A stretch of 64,000 nt of DNA from Octopus sinensis (Eukaryota). Below the pieces are notes generated by a model that did not search any database, was not told the DNA's origin, and was given only the letters and a program-made list of their open reading frames with translations. The stretch is taken from positions 52,452,001-52,516,000 of the forward strand of contig NC_043001.1 in assembly GCF_006345805.1 (NCBI RefSeq), read 5' to 3'. Position 1 is the stretch's first letter; each line of letters starts with the position of its first letter. Shown in pieces: positions 53,831 to 64,000 of this stretch. The position numbers were made by a program, and so were the translations under genes.

Positions 53831-55327
53831 AACCAATGAAATAAAAGAATTAGACCAAAGCCAAACTTACAAATACTTAGGAATCCATGAACTAGATAAG
53901 ACACAACACACACAAATGAAAGAGAAAATAAAAAAAGAATATTATAGATTGATCTAACTTAGTTAGATCAATACTAAACACAGAGCTCAATGCTAAAAAC
54001 AAGATAATAGGTATCAACACTTTAGCTGTCCCAGTTATAAGTTACAGCTACAATATCCTTAACTGGACACGAAATGAACTGTCCAAAATAGATAGGAAAA
54101 CAAGAAAAATACTGACAGGATCTAGGATGCATCACCCAAAATCTGACATAGAAAGACTATATATACAACGTATAGAAGGTGGTAGAGGCCTTATACAGCC
54201 GGAAAACTACTATAAAATAACCACCATAGGACTGCAAAAATATCTACTTCAGAAGGAAGGAAAACTGATCCAGATAGCGGCAAAACACGAGCAAAACAAA
54301 AAACTGTTCTCAGTATTTAAGGAAGCTGACAAATACAAACAAGAAATCATACCACCTAATAAACATGAAGAAGAAGAAGAAGATGAAGAAACAACAAAAG
54401 CTATAAAACAAATGAAATCCAAACTAAAAATAGAACAGCAACGAACCATGATAAAACGATGGCAAGAAAATCCCCTTCATGGTAAATACTGGACTAAACT
54501 AAACGCAAAAGAAATAGACAAAGAAAAATCCCAGCAATGGTTGAGAAGCTCAGGACTCAAAGCAGAAACAGAGGGGTTTTTAATTGCAGCACAAGACCAA
54601 AGCCTCCCCACCAGAAATTACCAAAAACATGTAATGAAAAGAAATATTACAAGTAACTGCAGAATATGTGGAGATGGACAAGAAACAATAAATCATATTA
54701 TCTCTAGCTGCCCAGTCCTGGCTAAGAAGGAATATATTCACAGACATGACAGAGTTGGAACCTACATACATTGGAAGCTATGCCAACATTATGGAATAAC
54801 AACAGAAAAAAGATGGTATAGGCACACACCAGAAAAGGTCACAGAAAACGAGAAAGCAACAATACTCTGGGATATGCCGATACACACAGATAGAGAAATT
54901 AAGGCCAACAGACCAGATATAGTTGTCAGAGATCATGAAGAAAAAAATGCTTTCTAATTGATGTATCAATACCGGCAGATGACAACGTGTCTCTAAAAGA
55001 AATGGAGAAACTCTCAAAATACAAAGACCTGGAAATAGAGGTAACTAGAATGTGGAATCTGAAAACAGAAACAATTCCTATCATAGTAGGTGCATTAGGC
55101 ATGATAAAAAAATATTCAGACAAATACATAACAAAAACACCAGGACTTACAAACACATATAACATACAGAAAATTGCACTACTAGGCACTGCACACATCC
55201 TACGCACAACACTTTCCATACAATAACCATCAGAGCATCACAACAAATCACAGCACATACCCAAGGCACACAGAGCTGTGCTCGGTAGTGAAGTGAAAGC
55301 ACGCTATAAAAATAAAACTACTGAAGA
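53831..55327 (+). mobile_element. 5'-truncated R4/Dong-clade non-LTR retrotransposon in (TAA)n
   Basis: YKYLGI; HHPKSDIERLY..GGRGL; AAQDQSLPTR; CRIC..ETINHIISSC (CCHC); RHDRV; NRPDIVV..IDVSIP..EKLSKYKDL. (TAA)n on both flanks. Confidence 0.93.
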
Positions 55328-55333
55328 ATAATG

Positions 55334-55366
<33 letters not shown>

Positions 55367-55387
55367 TTAATAATAATAATAATAATG

Positions 55388-55445
<58 letters not shown>

Positions 55446-55553
55446 CAACAACAACAACAATAACAGCAACAACAACAAAAAAATGAGATGGAGGCGCACC
55501 CAAACACACATACAATATATACGTATATGTAAATACACACATACAGACACACA

Positions 55554-55664
55554 TATGAGGGGTGTATGAAATGTTTTGAGCCTTGAAGTCATGTACCTTC
55601 GTCAGAAGTCTTACACCATGATTTTTTTGTTTTGAGGCACAAAACTTTCCCTACACCCCTCGTA
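55554..55664. mobile_element. ~110-bp mariner-type MITE with TA TSD
   Basis: TA|tgaggggtgtatgaaatgttttgagcct ... aggcacaaaactttccctacacccctcg|TA. TIR resembles that of the mariner at 39015-39043. Confidence 0.85.
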
Positions 55665-56110
55665 TTTGGATATAAAAATATGTATTTTAAAACTTTTATA
55701 TCAAGGAATCTATAAAGTTTTATTATACGTGAACTTTAAAATATATTACAGAATTTAAACCTCAGTGTAATCTATTGCTTTACTTTATTTCATTTTCTTT
55801 CATCTTCTTTACATTTTATTCTCGTTTAGTTGATTTTTATCTTAGCTTTTCCTTTTTGTTTTATCTCATCTTCCCCCCTACCTATCCAACCAACGGCATT
55901 GCCCTGTTATCATACTAAAATCAAATGATATTGGCTAACATACAAAAACATTATATACACATATATTCACATGCAAGCACACACACATATGAAGATGCAC
56001 ACATAATACATACATTCATACATGTATATATACATACATGCACACGCACATACATATAAAAAAATTTTCTCCGTTTTTTTTTCATCCTCTCTCCTTTTAT
56101 TCCTCTTAAC

Positions 56111-56147
56111 CCTTTGTGACGAAGAGCTTAGGCTCGAAACGTAAAGG
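56111..56147 (+). ncRNA. minimal hammerhead variant with C3G change, in a Penelope-like end
   Basis: ccttt GTGACGA a gagc-ttag-gctc GAAA cgt aaagg. Confidence 0.65.
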
Positions 56148-56229
56148 AAATTTTCATGCTTCCAGAGCGTTAAACAAATACACATGCTTATTGCTCCTAC
56201 ACCTGCATACACATATTTAACCTCGCACT

Positions 56230-56480
56230 CCATTCCATCAGTTATGACAACGAACGTTTCAGTGACGCGCGTAGGCTTAACGTAGTTTTCAGAGACATCC
56301 AGAGTGACAAAGAATATGACAGTGTAGCCCTTTCAATTACATACACTACTTATTTTTACCAGCTGAGTGAACTAGCAAAACAAAGTGTCTTGCTCAAGGA
56401 CGTTACGCATCACGGGGCAACGAGCTCAGGAATTTACGATCTCGAGCCGAATATCCTAATTACTAGGCTGTTGTCCTTCA
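56230..56480 (-). mobile_element. SINE family B
   Basis: aagtgtcttgctcaaggac central motif plus a reverse tRNA-like head. Similar to 24140-24300 and 49530-49660. Confidence 0.65.
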
Positions 56481-56591
56481 CATAGACATACATACATACA
56501 CATCTGCACACACACATATACGCATATATATGTGTACGTATATATCTATATCTATATCTATATATATGCGAGCATATATATATGCGTATAT

Positions 56592-56650
<59 letters not shown>

Positions 56651-56945
56651 TATATATATATATATATATATATGCGTATATATATATATATATATATATT
56701 TATAAATATATATATACATACATACATAAATATATACATATTTCATGGACTAGATAAAGGTATAAATTTTCTAATTTTTTTGTAATTTTCCTAGTAGTTG
56801 TACACTATGAACATTTGTTCAATGACTTGGAATACCGGAATTTATGAAATTTTTACTCCTGTATATAATTACAACAGCTTAAACATATACATTATTTATA
56901 TTATTTACATTTTATGGATATTTATCCTCATCTTGTTTGTTGTTA

Positions 56946-56989
56946 ACACAAGGTTTCGGATGATATGCCCTCCAGCCTTCATCGAGTGT
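56946..56989 (-). ncRNA. degenerate minimal hammerhead
   Basis: Minus strand acac TCGATGA a ggctg..catcc GAAA cc TT gtgt. Helix I acac/gtgt is preserved; the core is mutated. Confidence 0.55.
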
Positions 56990-57039
56990 CCTCGGGAAAT
57001 TTCAAAACTAGGTTCTCATTCCTAATGTGATTTTCGATG

Positions 57040-57370
57040 TTGTCAATGAATTTTTGTCCCTTATTCAGCTAAAACACTCTCCAATTCTTGTAGTGATGAT
57101 GATGGAGGATATCGACTCCTTACTTGTTTTTCTAAAATGCACCATAAATGTTCAATAATATCGAGTTCTGGCGAATGTGGTGGCCAGATATGATGTTCGA
57201 CTTCACTAGAATGTTTCTCGTACCATTCAGTAAAAATTTAGCTGTGTGAATTGGTGAATTATCATCATTCTGAACGATTGCGTTTCCCTCCAGAAACAGT
57301 TCCGCATCCATAGGATGAATTTGATAAGATAAAAGCTTAAATAGCCTTGACTATTAATTCTGCCACGACA
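57040..57370 (-). mobile_element. Tc1 transposase C-terminal fragment
   Basis: GRINSQGY..DDNSPIHTAK..WPPHSPELDIIEHLWCILEKQVR. Confidence 0.88.
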
Positions 57371-57441
57371 CAAAAATATATATGTGTGTGTGTGTGTACA
57401 AATACATACAGGCTCCCCACCCACACGTATATACATATACA

Positions 57442-57475
<34 letters not shown>

Positions 57476-58008
57476 CACACACACATTCATTTATATAGGT
57501 GCAACAGCCGGTGAGAGACAACTGTAAATAAACAGAGACAGTAGAAAGATGCGAACTACTAATAATAGAAATTTGTCCACATGCATGAAATCGATAAAAA
57601 TAGATATATTTTCATTAGCTAACTTGGGGTCAAGCCCCCATATCTACAGATTGAGCAGATGCCAGGACTTCTTTGTGTCCCTTTGCGTTCAATAATTTTA
57701 CCGCAACCAGCTTATTTATGGTTTAACGATTAATGGGGACATAAATCTAATTTTCTTTTGTCGTTTCTAAACATGCTCCAATAGTTTGAATATATTCTTC
57801 CTGTTGTTTTTTCTAGTAATTTCTGTTGTACTAGAGAGTGCTGATTTGCAAAGAGATATTTACATTATGGTCAGAGTCTGTGATTGCTTGGAAATAAAAT
57901 GTGTCTTATAAAGTTTGGCCTTGAGCAGTGTCTGCTAAGTATTAATAGTGTGATTCTTTATACCATGCACAGTAAATTTATGTGCGCGCACAAACACACA
58001 CACACATA

Positions 58009-58044
<36 letters not shown>

Positions 58045-58320
58045 TGTATGTATGAATGTATATATATGCATATATATATATATATATATATAAATATATA
58101 TAATTAATCCTAACAAGAAAGCTCAAAAAACACAACAACGCGAGGACGTGGAACAAATATAGTATTATTGGACGCTCAGGAAAGAAGGAGGGTTTAACGC
58201 TTCGAGCGGAGCTCTTCGTCGGAAACATAGGAGAAGGAAAGATCCAAAGAAGGGAAGACAGAGGAAAAAAATCGCCAACGTTACACATGCGGTCACATTT
58301 TGAATGACCGATATATATAT

Positions 58321-60808
58321 ATCCTCATGAATCTGGAACACCGCGTGATCATATTTCTTATGGGTGATTTCAACTTCCCCAACGTCAAATGGCCCGAAGG
58401 TCTCATACTCTCAGGAATGGTTCATTGCAAGCAAGCACAGGTGGAGTCCCTGCTCAACCTCACCAATGCCCTATTCATGGAGCAAGCTGTACTCAGACCA
58501 ACTAAGGCGAATAACATTTTGGATCTCTGCTTCACGAACAATATGGACACCATTCATGATGTGAAAGTGACACCGACATTAGTCTCGGATCACAATATAA
58601 TAGAGCTGTCTATGTTTGGGCCGAAATAACCAGATACGTACAGCCTAAAGAAAGCACCAGAAATCTCTCCAATCTGAACTTCCACAAAGCAGATTGGAAA
58701 TCGATCCAAAAAGAGATCCCCAGTGAGAACTGGCCGAAATGTTTCTCCACTCCAGATATTGACATGAAACTAGAATGTTTCATGTCTTCTGTGCAAGCCA
58801 TATGCCAGAAATATGTCCCAGAGGACGAGGCCAAAACAAATAGGAGTAAGATTCCAAGAGAGGGAAAGATCCTCATAAGACGACGGACGAAGGTTGCAAA
58901 TCGACTCAACCAACATCCCAAAAAGTAGCGAAACGTCCCGCCTAAAAACAACAGCGATGGAGATCGAAAAAAGGCTGCAACTATCCTATGTGAGGGAGAA
59001 AACAGACAAAGAAGCCTGGGTTACAGCCTCAGTACACTACAAGATAGGACCTTTCCTCCAAAAGGATGGCTCCCTCACAGACAGTCCAACTAAGATCAGT
59101 GAGATACTGAATGACCAGTTCAAAAGTGTCTTTACCACTCCGTTGGAACACAGACAAGTGAACGAACCAGTGGACTTCTTTGCCGCCTCACCTATAACCA
59201 GCGAGGCAGTTACAATGGAATACATTGACATTAGCGAAGAAGATATACTACTAGCCATATTTGAAGTGGATACAAACTCAACTGCTGGTCCTGATGGTTT
59301 CCCAGCAATCCTCCTCAAATCGTGAAATATGCCCAATACATAAAGGGGAAAGTAGAGCAGATGCCAAAATCTATAGGCCTATCTCTCTGACTTCACATAT
59401 CATCAAAGTCATGGAACGGATAGTCAGAGGGAAACTAATCGCATTCCTTGAAGATAATAACTTGCTGAGTGATACCAAGCATGGTTTTAGACCAGGTAGG
59501 ACCCAGCTCTTACAGCATTATGATTGGATGGTGAGGCGGTTACTCAACAAATCAAATGTGGACGTAATATACCTTGATTTTGCAAAAGCTTTTGACAAGG
59601 TGGATCATGGTATGATATGCCACAAACTGTATGACCTTGGCATAGCTAGAAAACTTGGAGAGTGGTTACATGACTCCCTGAAAGATAGGAGTCAGGCAGC
59701 AGGGGCTAACGGAGCCACCTCTATGAACACACAAATAGTGAGTGGTGTTCCACAAGGCACTGTCTTGGGACCACTGCGTTTTATAGTGGCCCTCTCAGAT
59801 ATGCCTTCAAATGCCCGGATAGCCACTCTGACAAGCTATGTAGATGATACGAAAGTCTCGCAGAAAATACAGAACTCCAGCGATGTTGCACACCTGAAGC
59901 AGGAGTTGGACTCAATTTACAGATATGCTGAGGATAATAATATACAGTTTAATGCTGAAATATTCCAAGCCCTGCGCTACCAGCCTCCAAAACTGAATAT
60001 GAAACTTACAGGGTACACCGGTCCACAGGGAATTTCAATCCCAGAGCCTAAGTCAGGGAGGGGCCTGGGTATCGACATGGGTGATGATACTTCTTTCCAA
60101 GTACACATTACCAGGATGGCGACAAAGTGCAGACGACTGGCTGGATGGATTTTAAGAACATTCAGAACCAGAGATAAGGAAACCATGATGTTCCTATGGC
60201 GGACATTCATCCTCATCCGCCTGGATTACTGCTCACAGCTATGGTCACCCACCAGTGTGAAATTAACAGCGGACCTTGAAGCAATCCAGAGAATATTCAC
60301 AAAGAAGATCGTCTCTTTGCAACAGCTCAGCTACTAGGAAAGGTTGAAATAGCTAAGACTCTACTCCCTGGAGAGAAGACGAGAGAGGCATGCAGTAATA
60401 TTTATCTGGAGGATCCTAGAAGGAATTGTGCCAAATTTTGGCATTGAAAGCTCCACCAATGCCAGAACGGGACGATACTGCATAGTTCCAAAGATCCCAA
60501 CAATGCCATCAAGCTTCAGGACCAGTTACTGCAACAGCCTGGGTTTCAAGGGCCCACTGCTTTTTAATATTTTCCCAAAGAGGAACTTGCAGAAAGTAGA
60601 TGTAGGGATTTTAAAATCAAAGAGGGATCTCTTCCTGTCGTGAGTCCCAGATGAACCTATCTCACGGCAAGAGATGCAAATGAGGGTAGTTATATCAAAC
60701 TCCATTCTTCACCAAGTGCCACATATTAGAGGAGGCTCTTAGTAATAACAGTGTAGCAAAACGCCGGTGCATCAGCATGGCCGCAGCTCTGAGCTGAAAC
60801 TAGAGAGA

Positions 60809-60810
<2 letters not shown>
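58321..60810 (+). mobile_element. 5'-truncated CR1-clade LINE with internal deletions
   Basis: MGDFNFPNVKWP..LDLCFTN..SDHN; YRPISLTSH, YLDFAKAFDKVDH, GVPQGTVLGP, YVDD, LDYCSQLWSP. Structured tail; (TA)n flanks. Confidence 0.93.
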
Positions 60811-60841
<31 letters not shown>

Positions 60842-61255
60842 TATACATATACGTATATATATTTTATATGCTTATATATAAACGTTTAATAAGTATATAT
60901 GTAAATATCCGTACGCATATACAATTGTATAAAAGCTATATATTTGTATACACATTTAAATGACCGCCAAACTCACTCAGACGATGATTGTAAAAGAATG
61001 TATTTAAAAATGTAGATACAAATTTTTTTAACTTTATATCTGATCGCTTTTCTGAGATAAAGAAATGGTATGGTAAGGTCATAAATCTGTCAATATATCA
61101 TTTGCCCCTTGGCATCTCGCTCCTTTGAAACAAAACAAGGAGATACTCAAGAGCAAACACAAAGATACAGTCTCGTGTATAGACATATAAGCGGAAGCAC
61201 GTTGATATATAAATCTATATGCATACACACACATACATGCATGTATATATACATG

Positions 61256-61301
<46 letters not shown>

Positions 61302-61689
61302 GAGAGATAGAGATAGAGAGAGAGAGAGAAATGGATAGATAGATTCATACATATATACACATACTCATGCATAGAAACACATATACACACACACATATAT
61401 ACATATGCACTTGTAGAAATGTGTACATATACATAAGCATGCATACATATGCATACACACGCATACAAACATATGCAGGTATGGCCAGAAATCTCTTTAA
61501 TTCTATATCTATATAAGCATGTATACAATATATTTAGTTAAACCACAAACATACGCAAGAATGTGTAAAGAATAAAACGCAGATTGTTATAGGTACATGT
61601 GTAGAGACATCCACACGTAAACACACGCACATACATACACACACAAACGTGCGTACACACACAGTCACATACACGTATATATATAGACA

Positions 61690-61990
61690 TAGGCGTGGCT
61701 GTGTGGACAGAAGCTTTCTTCCCAGCCACATTATTCCGGGTTCAGTCCCACTGTGAAGCACATTAGGAAAATGTCTTCTACCATAGCCCTTGGCTCACCA
61801 AAGCCTTCTGAGTGTATTTAGGCTTGGCTTGGTGGATAGAAGCTTTCTTTCCAGGCCACATTATTCCGGGTTCAGTCCTATTGTGTGGTACATTGGGAAA
61901 GTGTCTTGTACTGGCTGACAAAAACGTTCTGAGTAGACTTGATAGACGAAAACTGAAAGAAGTCCGTCTTATATATGTATATATACGTAT
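61690..61990 (+). mobile_element. two tandem SINE family A 5' halves
   Basis: gaagcttt..gccacattattccgggttcagtcc occurs at ~61711 and ~61838. Confidence 0.75.
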
Positions 61991-62158
61991 ATATGTCATC
62001 AAATCTTTCTTTCGAAATATATGGCATGCAATGTGAAGTGCTCTGAATATCCGAAACGAATATTAAAGAGGTATATTCAGAAACAAAGTGTAGGTCAATT
62101 AATAGATTTTAAACATATTTTTAAAAATACACATATATTAATACAATTCAATGCAAAT

Positions 62159-62330
62159 AGGCGCAGGAGTGGCTGTGTGGTAAGTAGCTTGCTAACCAAC
62201 CACATGGTTCTGGGTTCAGTCCAACTGCGTGGCATCTTGGGCAAGTGTCTTCTGCTATAGCCTCGGGCCGACCAATGCCTTGTGAGTGGATTTGGTAGAC
62301 GGAAACTGAAAGAAGCCTGTCGTATATATG

Positions 62331-62361
<31 letters not shown>

Positions 62362-62570
62362 TTTTGTGTCTGTGTTTGTCCCCCTAGCATTGCTTGACAA
62401 CCGATGCTGGTGTGTTTACGTCCCCGTCACTTAGCGGTTCGGCAAAAGAGACCGATAGAATAAGTACTGGGCTTACAAAGAATAAGTCCCGGGGTCGATT
62501 TGCTCGACTAAAGGCGGTGCTCCAGCATGGCCGCAGTCAAATGACTGAAACAAGTAAAAGAGAAAAGAGA
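62159..62570 (+). mobile_element. full-length SINE family A (a further 3' half at 62860-63130)
   Basis: A box tggctgtgtgg, B box gggttcagtcc, central (TA)/(TG) tract, LINE-like tail ggcggtgctccagcatggccgcagtcaaatgactgaaac + (AAAGAG)n. Confidence 0.9.
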
Positions 62571-62847
62571 AAGAGAAAGAGAAATCAATAGACCTATATA
62601 TATAAAAATACTACATATAAATATATAGATAAAAATATGGATAAAAAGAATGAAAAATATTCTAAGTGTAGACAAGGTAAAAAAGGTTCTAGGTATAATT
62701 AAAGTAAAGCATATATGGATTACATAAAACAACAGTAGGAAAGCGTCTAAGTCATCAAGTAGCAAATATTTTTTAGACTGTTCAAAGAGCAAATAACTAC
62801 ATTACAATAAAATATTAAACATTAAAGAATAGTCCCGTTATTAGAGG

Positions 62848-62880
<33 letters not shown>

Positions 62881-63132
62881 TACACATACATCTATCTATG
62901 GGCCTTGTCTTTGTGTCTATGTTTGCAGCCCCATTCACCGCTTGACAACTGACACTGATGTGTATACGTTCGCGCACATTAGCAGTTTGAGAAAAAAAGA
63001 AAAAAACGCGCGATACAATAAGTACCAAGTTAAAAAAAAAAGTAAGTCCTGGGGTTGATACATTCGACGAAAAATTCTTCAAGGCTGGGCTGCAGCATGG
63101 CTGCAGTCTGGTGGCTGAAAGAAGTCAAAGAT

Positions 63133-63166
<34 letters not shown>

Positions 63167-63829
63167 CGCACGCATGTATATAACACAAACATACACAGAT
63201 GGACATCAATATATCGAAATCTATCTGTCCTCCCCTACATCGGTTCCAAAATTTGAACTGGGGCCAATAGGTTCGGAGGATGGGCTGGTCGATTACGAAG
63301 ACGCCAGTGCTCGGCTGTATATATTATCGACCAGGAAAGGATGCAGCACATTTGAACTCGGGGCGTAAAGACCGGAGAAATGCCGATATGCATTTTGCTT
63401 GGCACACTAACGATTCGGCTAGCTCATTGCCTTATCTTCCCCTATATTAATATAAATTAGTAAGATAAGCTAAAACTACGTTCTGAAACGGGCGCCCCTT
63501 AGGAGAAATACGGCGATTACTAACCTTCTACATGACACATATATTAAGTAATGATAATGCTTACTTTACTGAGCTGCTTGGAACAGAGATTTTGTATTTT
63601 GGTCTACTTTTTCGATTCCATTGCAAGTCACCAAGTAGATTTTTACACTATCTATATATTTCATCCAGAGTGAAGTTCGCTGTAGTTACAAGCGTTTAAT
63701 AACAATCATACGTTAGTCGTGTAAAACTAATTTGGAGCGAGTAGAAAGGGAAAGATAATGGTTAGTGGAGGGGAGCCGGAGAGGGTTCGATGATTAAATG
63801 TATACATACATTCATATATATATATATAA

Positions 63830-64000
63830 ACTTACTTGGAGAAAAGAAAAGAAACGAAACGACGCGAGGGCGCTCAGTTATACAAAAATTTAATAAATAA
63901 AATATATGCATACATACATTTATGTACACGCATGGAGTCGAACCGGGGAGAGCTGATGAAGGGGAATGTTCCTTGTGTTGTTGGTCTTGTGCTCTGTTTT
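63830..64000. mobile_element. Penelope-like terminal fragments at the window edge
   Basis: gacgcgagggcgctcag resembles the 51790-51830 termini. CTGATGAagg at ~63953 could begin a hammerhead that runs off the window. Confidence 0.35.

Overview
AT-rich eukaryotic DNA made almost entirely of transposable elements and microsatellites ((TA)n, (TACA)n, (TAA)n, (GATA)n, (TAC)n, (TTC)n). The repeat families suggest a cephalopod (octopus-like) genome; this is an inference. I recognised no intact host gene, rRNA, tRNA gene or CRISPR array. Retroelements: three CR1-clade LINEs (one near full length, with an unusual Myb/trihelix + CCCH ORF1), two restriction-like-endonuclease LINEs sitting in microsatellites, two Gypsy-type LTR elements (one nested in a SINE tail with a duplicated tRNA-Trp PBS, one chimeric with an L1/Tx1-like ORF1), several Penelope-like pieces carrying at least six hammerhead-ribozyme motifs, and three tRNA-SINE families (one shares its structured 3' tail with the CR1 LINEs). 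DNA transposons and other repeats: piggyBac, Tc1, mariner, maT, Chapaev3 and Helitron remnants, palindromic MITEs and a ~690-bp tandem triplication. All calls come from manual motif reading, so boundaries are approximate.
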